Shown piece by piece: positions 33,468 through 43,566 of a DNA stretch of 64,000 nt (positions within the stretch are counted from its first letter, which is position 1; each line of letters opens with the position of its first letter). The notes beneath the pieces are model-generated. The model saw only the letters and a program-made list of their open reading frames with translations, was not told the origin of the DNA and ran no database searches. The DNA lies in NCBI GenBank assembly GCA_036630325.1, contig CP142736.1:372001-436000 (forward strand), written 5' to 3'. A program made the translations under genes and the position numbers. Source of the DNA: Vairimorpha necatrix. Its lineage: Eukaryota.

Positions 33468-36400
33468 GTACCCCATGCTAAAAATATTTATTTTTATGGC
33501 TGTCAAATATCATTTTAAACTGGAAACCAATTGGATATTCAATTATAATTATTTGTTTAATAGAATCATAAAAAGGATAAATTGAATTATATCTTAAAGG
33601 TAAATGCATAAGAATAATACCAATTAAGAATGTTTAAGTAAAAAAGAAAAGCTGATAAAATTCTGCAAAAAATTAAACGAATTTTACTCCTTTAAGTAAA
33701 AAAATAAAGAATTTATACACAAAACAAAAATCACATATCTTTTGCATCGACTAATTGACACTAGAATAAAGATAAATTTCTAATCTTTAATTAATAACAC
33801 TAATAACGAATTATATCAAACTCATTTATTAATTGCACAGAGTTAATAAAATTTTATATTTTAGTCGATCTAGAATTTGTTTTATAATTAAAGTAAATAA
33901 TACGTTTGCATGACAAATTTATATATATATTCTTGTTTCGAGTGAAAAAGGATAATTGTTAGAATATCAAGAAAACAAAATTAATAATAATATAAAATAA
34001 ACATTATTTGTGATGTGTTGTCATAAATTATAATGTTCATTCTTATAACTTTTATATAGGATCGACCTTTTTTTGCAATTTCCTCAATATTTTCTTTCGG
34101 CGATTTTTATAAAAATAGTGGGAACCTTTTTTTGTATTCAGTCCATTTTTCAAACAAAGTTTTTTTTCCCATTTCAATTTTTATGAATAGATTGATAAAA
34201 AATTAGAACTAAAAACAGTGGAGGCTCATTGAAAAATTACTTTATTTATTGTATTCTTTTTATATTTGTCTTACAATGAAATGTATAAAACAATACAACT
34301 TATAAATGTATTATAAAGCAAAAAAAAGCGAAAACTGGAAGTTATTCTAATATTATCATTATTGGAATGTGTACCTTAAAGTTTAACAAAAATATTTCTC
34401 GTATCAATATAAAATATCAAACACAGATCTAATTTAATGGACTAATAATGTACATAAGTACAAATTTTGTTGTTGATGATGTACACTGTTAGATTCTTAG
34501 ATCTTATTAATTTTTTTTACTTATGTTAAATTTTTGAATTTTTTATTGACAGGGATTGTATATTACAAGCACTATTTAACAAACAACTTGTTTGTTAGAA
34601 TGGTTAATTTATAACATTCGGTGGTTTCCTTTAGTTTTTTTATCTTAATTTATCTTGAAAAGATACTATTTTGTCAGTATTAATTACAAAGGAGTCTTAT
34701 GATTACATAAAATTGTCGGTTTTCATTCCGGATTAGTTGTTTTTCGTTCCTTTTTGACACAAAATATGAATATATAGTATCTTTGCTATAGAAAGTATTG
34801 TGTAATTGTTTTTTCAGCTTTATATTTTTATTAATGATCAGATTATTCTTTGTTTTTTTTTAGAAATCAATCTAGAATTTAAATCATTCAAAAGTTCATT
34901 CAAAAATTTCACATATTATTTTGTATATATCAATTCAATTATATTTTGCAATGTTTACGTAGGCTACAAGATTTTTTTTATTACTTTCTTAGATAATAAT
35001 GAATTTTAATCATGGCAACTATTTTTTTGTTTTTATTTTTTTTTACAGCGAAACTTTTAAGCAAAATTAAAGACGTATTCTCAATTTTCTTCTCAAATTG
35101 TAAATAAACAAAATTTTTCCAGTATTTTTTTTTTCAAATTCAAAACATGTCATTCAGGTAAATTTAGCTAGGGATCTTTTGTTGTTTTAATATTTGCAGT
35201 CAAACTTCATATCTTATTTTTCAGATGTATTATAAAAGACACAACCAAATTATTTTTTTTATAAATTTTAAACACCATAAATTCAAATTTAACTCTTAAT
35301 TGAAACTTCTAGAATTTTTTATCCTGTTGTCTATTCAAAATCGGATTAAATTTTCCTTTATTATATGAATAAATAAAAAAAATTAATAAAATATAAAAAC
35401 AAAGTATCAAGGTTCTAAATGTACTTACCACAAATAACTTATCATATTATCAAACCATTGTAACATTTTTTTAATTTAACAATAATTTTAACTTGTAAAC
35501 ACGAATAAGAAAAATTAATGCCAAATATGCACTTATTAATTTCAAAGTTTGCTGAAAAGGCAAATTAAGAAATAACAAGCACTTGTTTAATTTGAAAGAA
35601 ATTATAAGAAAAAAATAGTAAATGAAATTAAGTTTGGTGTTTTGAACTAACAAATAAAAAATCATATGATTTCTGTTTTCCAATTATCACAGAAAACTGT
35701 TAGTCACACAAGTCCAAATACTTCGAATTATTTGAATATTAAAAAAATTGTGCTTATAGTAATATATTTGTATAATTTAATGTTATAATTATATTAAACT
35801 TTAATGTACATTATAAGTAATTGTTGAGAAAAAAAACATATTTTTATCAAAAAAATTCTGTTAAATGACATATATATTCATTTTAAAAACACAGACATAG
35901 TTTAAAATATTTAGGGGTTTTTTACAGCAAAACTTTATGTTATAATTTATATGACTAAATACATGAAATATATGATCTTCATGGATAAGTAATAACACAA
36001 ACCAACACTTTACAATTTTCAATTTTACTGTCGAATAACTTTTATTTATATTTCAGTGATTTTACAACCAAATTGCTTTTTAATTTTTTGTAATGTTCAA
36101 ATAAGCCATATTAATCAAATAATGAAAAAAAATGTTGATCTGAACATATTATACGAACACTGCAATGGCCTTGTACTACTTTTTGATATCATTTATGTTC
36201 AATTATACTAAAAAAATATTATTAAGTGTAAATTGCATATGTAACTAAATAATGTCGTTGGCAACTTAGAGTAAGCTTTTTTCTCAACTTCAATAGATAA
36301 AAAAATTAGAATATGTTTAAAAAATAATTATTAAAAACTTTTTTCGGCAATATATTTAAAAAAACAAAATCAAATTTAAAAATCGATAATTGTGAATTTT

Positions 36401-36917
36401 ACGACAGATGAATTATTATTATTTATTGCAATAAAACTATATTTAAAACATGCTGATTAAATATATGTAGTGTCCCCATTTTTTCTATAAATATATAAAC
36501 GTAACAATAATAATTACAATGAATAAGTAATAAAGTTATGATGGATTTATCGAGCGATTAATAGTTTATATGCTTGTTATTTGACATTTGAAGAATGATA
36601 AATACATTTATTAGAATATTCAATCTACAAATTCAATGGCATATGACATAATTTATGGATAAATTTTGTTTATAATCATATAATGACAGGAAAAGGCATT
36701 TATTGTCTCCGTGATATATTATTAACACATAGGATATTATATTTACAACATCAAAACATTAGCTCAATTCACTTAAAGACAATATATAATCATATGTTTC
36801 TGATTTTGAAGTTGATAATTGTTTTTAAAAAATTTGCTTGTCTAAAATTTAAAAGAAAATATTTTACTTATACGTATAAATATGGTTTATTTTTATAACA
36901 CCACTTTTTGCCTTAAT

Positions 36918-37625
36918 TTAAGAGTGGTTGATCACGTTTCTATTGAAGCCATTGGCTACCACATCTTTTGGTTCTAAGATTTCTATAAGTATAACTAAAT
37001 TTTTAGGGAATCGGGACCATTGAATGCTATTTAAGATTTTTATATAGTTTTGTAAGTTTTTTTTACTTCTAATTTCATTGTATAATGATGCAATAGCTGG
37101 ATCACTTTCCGATTTCCTATTATTACAAGCATCGTATATTGACTTTAAGAAATTTTTTTTTAAATCTATAAGATCTTCTGATGATAAAAGTTTATCTTGT
37201 TCATCACTTACATATTGTTTTTGTTCATAAAACAAAACCGATATAGACTGTTTACTTGTCCACTCTCGTGTTTTTTTCTTGGTTTTGCCCACATCGTTGT
37301 CAATGCGAGCATCTAATAAATTTACTGCATCAAATTCGCTTATAATCTCATAGCCTACAGTATGTCTCATTAGTAAAAGAATAAGTCCCAATATAAAACA
37401 TGTTATAAGTGTCAAAATAGATACTAAAAATGAAAAAGGACTTCGACACACTCCGGCATAGATTAAAGAAAATGCCAATAATCCCAAGATTGAAAATGAA
37501 ATTAAATAAGAAGCCGAGATTATAGAGTAATCAAATGCGTATTCAGTAATGATAAACAAAGTAAATATAAATAAAAGTGCTATAAGTAACGAATATAAAG
37601 AGTTTTTTTTAGAATGTAAATTCAT
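36918..37625 (-). CDS. Family T membrane protein, diverged paralog
   Basis: MNLHSKKNSL start, conserved MRHTVGYEIIS, WTSKQSI and C-terminal WSRFPK...VVANGFNR. Confidence 0.88.
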   Translation of the reverse strand: MNLHSKKNSLYSLLIALLFIFTLFIITEYAFDYSIISASYLISFSILGLLAFSLIYAGVCRSPFSFLVSILTLITCFILGLILLLMRHTVGYEIISEFDAVNLLDARIDNDVGKTKKKTREWTSKQSISVLFYEQKQYVSDEQDKLLSSEDLIDLKKNFLKSIYDACNNRKSESDPAIASLYNEIRSKKNLQNYIKILNSIQWSRFPKNLVILIEILEPKDVVANGFNRNVINHS

Positions 37626-38106
37626 ATGCCCCTATACTGAAAATATTTTATTTGTATAGCTGTCAAATATCGTTTTGATAATAAAAACCAATTGTCTGTG
37701 TATTTTTCATTATTTGTTCGATAGAATTAAACTAAGAATCAATAGCGAGGATAATAAATACTAAATTTTGAGAAAATATAACCAATAATCTTGTTATTCC
37801 TGTAAAAGTAAATTAAAAACCGAAAAAATTAATTAGAGAAATTAAGATATAACCAAAGATATAAAGAAAAATTACAAATCAAGGATCATTAAAGTTTAAA
37901 AAAGGCACTTGTAAAAATAAAATTATTTTTAACAAATCAAGAAATGTAATTTTAAAAATAGGTACTAAAATAAAATATACAAATAAGAACTAATAAAATT
38001 AAAAAAGATAAGAAAATAAAATAGTACAAAGTAAGAAATTTAAAGACTAATATTACAAAAAAAAGGAAGATTAAAAAATAATAAAATCATTTATGTCTTA
38101 AGAATA

Positions 38107-38634
38107 TTAACAACATTTATTCCTTTTATGTGCAGCTTTATAAAATATCTTAGAACTCACTGATAACTCAGAACTCCTTTTAACTAAATCTTCTAGTTTC
38201 TCATTTCTCTCTAATAAACTGTTAAGAGTTTTCACTGAAATTTCTCTTGTTTCTTTTAAATCTCTTTGAATTTTGTCCAAAATGTCATGACTCTTTGGAT
38301 CTTGAAATTCTTTAAGCAATTTCTCAAAATCACGACAATCTTTACACTCACTTAAAAATTTATTAGCAATATTAACTGGGTAATCTTTACCACAACTAAT
38401 ATAAGCATATTCATTGTAAACTTTAACAAAAACTAAAATAGATAATTCATTAAATTTTTGTTCAAAAACTTGAAAATCATATGATTGTAATCTAGATGTA
38501 ACTTCCTTAGATATCATCATTATATATTCTCTAATTGGTTTTCTCTGAAAAAAAGAAAATTCTGATAGATGAAAGTGTTTTTCTGTTACTTCATCTGTAT
38601 GAATGTTTGTTACTACGATAGAATATAATGGCAT
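38107..38634 (-). CDS. YKT6: Longin R-SNARE Ykt6
   Basis: FSFFQRKPIREY longin motif, LLERNEKLEDLV R-SNARE, C-terminal CC, no TM. Start placed at MPLYSI after a CCC motif. Confidence 0.9.
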   Translation of the reverse strand: MPLYSIVVTNIHTDEVTEKHFHLSEFSFFQRKPIREYIMMISKEVTSRLQSYDFQVFEQKFNELSILVFVKVYNEYAYISCGKDYPVNIANKFLSECKDCRDFEKLLKEFQDPKSHDILDKIQRDLKETREISVKTLNSLLERNEKLEDLVKRSSELSVSSKIFYKAAHKRNKCC

Positions 38635-38803
38635 AAAATGAAGGGTAAAATATAAGAAGAATTTTCTCAAAATTAAAATTTTAACATAGAAGAAAATGAG
38701 TTTGTTTGTTTTAACAAACTTTATGCAAAAAAAGTATTTAAGGAAGAAAAATGCATGAATAAAAAAATTCGAAAGGGTGAAATTTTAAAAAAAATTAAAT
38801 CCC

Positions 38804-40936
38804 ATGAAAGAAGAAAGCAACTTTGAAGTATTCAGATATGAAAATAAAGAGAATGGTTATTATGTGAAACCACCTTACACAAAATGGATAGAGGGAAGCA
38901 GTGACAAAGAAACAAAAATACAGATCACAGATCTTGAGACAATCATTCAAAATTTATTACTTACAAAAAATTGTAAAGTCGAAGAATATAAAGATGGTGT
39001 CTTAGTAAAACAAGGTTACCCAGGAAATTGGATGGACTTTACAGATCTTTGTCTTGACCACAGACTACCGCCGTCTTTATGCAGTGTAAAAATATCAAAG
39101 AGTCATGTGGAAATTTGTTTTATTAGAACAACGGAATCAACTTTTTATACATGTTCTATAGAAGATGATGACGTATACAGCAATTTATACGCAGTTTTAT
39201 CAGAAATCAATGCATTTGAAATAATTTATGATGATAAAAATCTTGTATCATTAGAAAGTACGGGGATTATAACACACTTATGTGAAAAGGCCAATAGTGC
39301 TATAGATTTATTAAAGAAATTTCTGAAGGTAGAAGTAGCAGACATTAAGACATATGTTAGACCAAATATATGTATAGTAGATTATAATACATTGGAGGCT
39401 CTTGACATTTATTCCAAGGAGAAATGTATACTCGATCAATTCCAATGTTACACCGTCCAAGGCAAAAGATTATTATTGCAATTTTTCAAACAGCCTTTAC
39501 GCAATAAAGAAGAAATAGAAGCACGCCTAAATATCATTGAAAAAATCAGAATGCTAGATTTAGAAATATTAAGAGAGTTTCCAGATATTTTAAAAATTAC
39601 GAAAAAAATATCAAAGATTTCTCTTTTAGAAATATTGAAATTGCACCAAGTAGTTGGTAAAATACCGAATTTATTAGATAAAATCAATTATTCTTCTTTA
39701 CAGAGTGATTTTTATATTCCGCTTACTAATATTAATTCGAGAGTTATTATGGAAGATATTGAAAAAGTAATAGACATAAAGAAATCCCAGAGAAATATTG
39801 TCGTATTTAATACAGTGCAAAAAAACGAGGGAGATCTAAGTTTACAAATAATTTCTGAACTATACAAATCTCTTGATAAGATCAATGCAGAATGTAATTC
39901 TGAATATAGAAAATTATTGGATATCTGTGATAAAATCAAATATGAAGAAGGAGACGATAATTTCAGAATTACAAGAATAGAATATAAAAAGGCAGAAAAT
40001 GCATTACAAAGATGCAATATTTTAATTATTAATATTTTGAAAAGTGGTGTAAACTTCACAACCAAGAGAATGTCAGAATTGACTTTAGAAAAGAATAATG
40101 TAAAGGAAAGTATTAACAAAGAAACTTGTCATATATTAAATGAGTTGAGATTGAAAATGAAGACATATGTGAATGAGTTGGAGGTATTGAATTATATAGT
40201 AGCCTTATTAGATGTATTTCATGCCATTGGTAAGAAAAGTAAAGATTTTGGATACACACGACCAACATTCATAAATCCTAAGACGAACAAAGATTCAAAT
40301 ATTGTCGACGATGACGTATTTATAGAGATTAAAGGGGGTATTCATCCATTACTAGAAGATAAGGATTGTATATCAAATGATATTTACCTAAATAAAAAAA
40401 GGCTGTGTGTCATAACGGGACCTAATATGGGCGGGAAAAGTACATATCTTAAAATGATAGGGGTTATTTCTATCCTGGCTCAAGTTGGCTGTTATGTCCC
40501 CGCGAAATATGCTCGCCTTCCCATTTTTGATGGTGTTTACATAAGAATTGGAGCCAATGACTGTACTTATAAAGGATCTTCTACATTCATGGTAGAAATG
40601 AAGGATATTTCTAGGATATGTAGAATGTCCACAGAAGAATCATTGATTCTTATTGATGAGCTCGGACGAGGGACTTCAGAAATAGATGGAATTAGTATAG
40701 CAAAAGCAGTGAAAGATTATCTACACGAAAAGAGGTGTATAACATTATTTGCTACCCATTTCCCCGAATTGTGTGATGATAGATCTTTAAATATGAAAGC
40801 TTCATTCGATCAATTAATTCTAAATTACAAAATAGTGGAAGGAATTTGCGATACATCCTGGGGGTTGAATGTGGCCAAAATGGTAGGATTTCCAGAGTCA
40901 GTCATCGAAGATATAGAAAAAGGACTAGAGCAATGA
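38804..40936 (+). CDS. MSH2: DNA mismatch repair protein MutS homolog, MSH2-like
   Basis: GYPGN N-terminal motif, TGPNMGGKSTY Walker A, STFMVEM, DELGRGTS, FATHF, SWGLNVAKMVGFP. Confidence 0.9.
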   Translation: MKEESNFEVFRYENKENGYYVKPPYTKWIEGSSDKETKIQITDLETIIQNLLLTKNCKVEEYKDGVLVKQGYPGNWMDFTDLCLDHRLPPSLCSVKISKSHVEICFIRTTESTFYTCSIEDDDVYSNLYAVLSEINAFEIIYDDKNLVSLESTGIITHLCEKANSAIDLLKKFLKVEVADIKTYVRPNICIVDYNTLEALDIYSKEKCILDQFQCYTVQGKRLLLQFFKQPLRNKEEIEARLNIIEKIRMLDLEILREFPDILKITKKISKISLLEILKLHQVVGKIPNLLDKINYSSLQSDFYIPLTNINSRVIMEDIEKVIDIKKSQRNIVVFNTVQKNEGDLSLQIISELYKSLDKINAECNSEYRKLLDICDKIKYEEGDDNFRITRIEYKKAENALQRCNILIINILKSGVNFTTKRMSELTLEKNNVKESINKETCHILNELRLKMKTYVNELEVLNYIVALLDVFHAIGKKSKDFGYTRPTFINPKTNKDSNIVDDDVFIEIKGGIHPLLEDKDCISNDIYLNKKRLCVITGPNMGGKSTYLKMIGVISILAQVGCYVPAKYARLPIFDGVYIRIGANDCTYKGSSTFMVEMKDISRICRMSTEESLILIDELGRGTSEIDGISIAKAVKDYLHEKRCITLFATHFPELCDDRSLNMKASFDQLILNYKIVEGICDTSWGLNVAKMVGFPESVIEDIEKGLEQ

Positions 40937-40943
40937 TGGCACA

Positions 40944-43316
40944 TTACATTAGAATTTTATAAAATTCACTATCATCATGTAAAATGATGCCTTCTGTCCC
41001 TCGTACGAATTTTAGTCCCGGTCTCTGATCACTAAATATTATGTTTCCAGTATTAATATCAAATATGTCTATCCAGTTCTTAGAAAGAGTTATTAGCTTG
41101 TTTTTACACAATTTAAAATCTACTGGTGTATTTTTCCATAAGAAGACTATTTCTGTTTTCTTGATTTTCCCTAATTTATCAGTATAAAATCCTACAGCAT
41201 CAAAGCATACTATGAAAGTATTTAAATCTATGGTAAACACGGACATGGCCTTAGCATTTGGCACCATTGATAATAGCATTGGCACACAGGGATTATACAA
41301 TTCTAAGAATTCTTCTGTCTTTAATGTTTCCATATCAACAATTTCAAAATCTTTACATGCTATTACGATCTTAGAGGGACAGAATATAATGTTGTATAGC
41401 TTAAATCCTACGTATAATTTTCTAGATAGGTCAATTTTGATTTTTCTGTCTTCTTTTTTCAGATGGAACAAATATATTAGACTTGATTTACTACTACCAT
41501 AATTCCTAGTGGCTATAAAAGAACCCCTTTCATTAGATCCATAGAAGAAATCTCCTACATTGTTTTTGATTTGTATTGGATTTATGGCGTCCATAGTATG
41601 ATTAAAATTGCAGACTAGGAGTATTGATCCTGTTTGAAACATTAATATTTCGAATTTTGTATCGTATAGAACTTTCTTAGTCGAGCCTGGATAAATTAAC
41701 CTTTCCTTACCATTTAGTAATAGGAATATTCCATTCTTCGTTGAGACTATCATCATTTCATTCTGATTTTCTATATATTCTTGATTTTCTGTCCGGTCCT
41801 GGAAGTCGTCATTTATCACGTGGTAGAATGTTTCTCCTTTGTAACACAGGGCTTTTAACCAGTACAAGTTGTCTGATTTCTCTTTTTCTGCTTCTTCGTC
41901 CATTTCGCTCATTGATTCCATTTCTGATTCTTGGTTTCCAAATGTTATATACCTTGACTTTGCATTTATTGAATGTTTTTCTATTTTCTGTGAATATTCA
42001 TTGACTGCATTTTTGAATTCTTTTAGTGACAGCAATTTCTCTGCAGTGAATTCTTCTGTATTTTCATTATTTGTTATTTGCGACTCACTTGAGCTTTGTG
42101 CGTCTTCATTCTCAGTACTCAATGTTATGTGTTTATGAGTCTTACAGGCACACAGAATATTTGATATGGGCGTTTCTACTTTTATAATTTCTATTCCTTT
42201 TCTATGATGCTTCTTTATATTTTTTAGTGCTCCAAATAATATATTTTTATATATTTTTCTTATCTCGAAATCTTCAAATAATATAGTCCTTATAATATTA
42301 TCAGATGTCTCTAGTAGAAATAAAGGAAAGAAGTGTTGTTCTTCGTCTTCTAATTTGTTAAATCCTAAATTGACATCGAAATATATTAATCTTTCTAGAA
42401 ATAGTGGCTCATACAATATTTTTTGCGCTGTAAATTCCCCTCTCGATTTCTCACTGAAGATGATGCAATTATCAAATATGTAAATTCTTATCAGGACTGG
42501 CAAAGCCCAAATATCAGATTTAAATAACAAATCTCCTTCTTTGAGAAGTTTCCTCTTTTTTTGGAATAATCCTAAGACCAATTGATTTCTTATTCCTGGT
42601 TCATATTTGAATCTCTGACTTAATCTATAGACTTTGAATTGCCCACTGTACTCTGCGAAATGGTCATCAACTACCAGAGTCAATTTCTTAATTTTGTCTA
42701 TTAATAATTCGTACTGTGCGGCTATCTCTGGATTTCCTTCATTTTTACTTATTGCTTTTAATAAAAGAGGCAGTCTTGCCAATTTTGTGCTTGGTCTATA
42801 CAAGAAATTCCTTACTCCTAAATATTCTATATTATTCGTATAGAGAAATTCTTCTAATCTTTTCTTAAATTCTGGGCTGTAATAGCAGACCCTTTCAAGT
42901 TCGTATTCTGCCTTAGGCAGTCTAGAGAAATAATCTCTATAAAGATAAATAAACCCACTATATTTGAAAAATATAGTGGCATATTCTAATTTCAAGACAT
43001 GTGGATTATTAAAATCTGATTTGTCAATACAAAAGGCTTCTTCATCTGTCTGCTTAAATCTTTCATCTATTTCTCTTCTTACTTGTAAATTTCTACTTTT
43101 CATTTCTTCAAATATTTCTCCATGCTTCAGTCGAATTTCATGCATATTTATAAAAACAGCATCACAAATTTCATACTTGACTTTCAAGCTTAGGAAAGGC
43201 AGATTGAGAATGCTTTTCCTGAATTCTGATTCCCAGAGTATTAGATCTGAAATGTATGTCTTTTCTGAGATGAACATTTCACTTATGGCTTCTATCCTTT
43301 TTCTTGGATTTGGCAT
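40944..43316 (-). CDS. Rho1 guanine nucleotide exchange factor, ROM1/2-like (DH-PH-CNH)
   Basis: EMFISEKTYISDL and RPSTKLARLPLLLKAI DH motifs, IYIFDN PH, C-terminal CNH-like region. Start likely MPNPRKR. Confidence 0.85.
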   Translation of the reverse strand: MPNPRKRIEAISEMFISEKTYISDLILWESEFRKSILNLPFLSLKVKYEICDAVFINMHEIRLKHGEIFEEMKSRNLQVRREIDERFKQTDEEAFCIDKSDFNNPHVLKLEYATIFFKYSGFIYLYRDYFSRLPKAEYELERVCYYSPEFKKRLEEFLYTNNIEYLGVRNFLYRPSTKLARLPLLLKAISKNEGNPEIAAQYELLIDKIKKLTLVVDDHFAEYSGQFKVYRLSQRFKYEPGIRNQLVLGLFQKKRKLLKEGDLLFKSDIWALPVLIRIYIFDNCIIFSEKSRGEFTAQKILYEPLFLERLIYFDVNLGFNKLEDEEQHFFPLFLLETSDNIIRTILFEDFEIRKIYKNILFGALKNIKKHHRKGIEIIKVETPISNILCACKTHKHITLSTENEDAQSSSESQITNNENTEEFTAEKLLSLKEFKNAVNEYSQKIEKHSINAKSRYITFGNQESEMESMSEMDEEAEKEKSDNLYWLKALCYKGETFYHVINDDFQDRTENQEYIENQNEMMIVSTKNGIFLLLNGKERLIYPGSTKKVLYDTKFEILMFQTGSILLVCNFNHTMDAINPIQIKNNVGDFFYGSNERGSFIATRNYGSSKSSLIYLFHLKKEDRKIKIDLSRKLYVGFKLYNIIFCPSKIVIACKDFEIVDMETLKTEEFLELYNPCVPMLLSMVPNAKAMSVFTIDLNTFIVCFDAVGFYTDKLGKIKKTEIVFLWKNTPVDFKLCKNKLITLSKNWIDIFDINTGNIIFSDQRPGLKFVRGTEGIILHDDSEFYKILM

Positions 43317-43566
43317 TTGTTTTTTGTTTATGCAGAATTTGTTTATAAATATAAACATAATCAAAAAAAAATAAAAAAACATTAGTTTATATTATTTAGA
43401 TTTTACTGTAACGAAACAGAAAGTGTATTTTGTAAAATTAATATTTTATATATAATATATTTGTCATTATATTAATTATTTACATAAATATACTTCATTA
43501 TAAATTTTCTTAGAAATTTATGATGATTTTTTAATTTTTTGTTTATGCATATTTTTTACCCCATAA

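Larger units (their letters stand above)
27307..34715. repeat. Segmental duplication copy 2
   Basis: Direct repeat of 1-7651 that lacks the 6441-6669 solo LTR. Confidence 0.97.
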
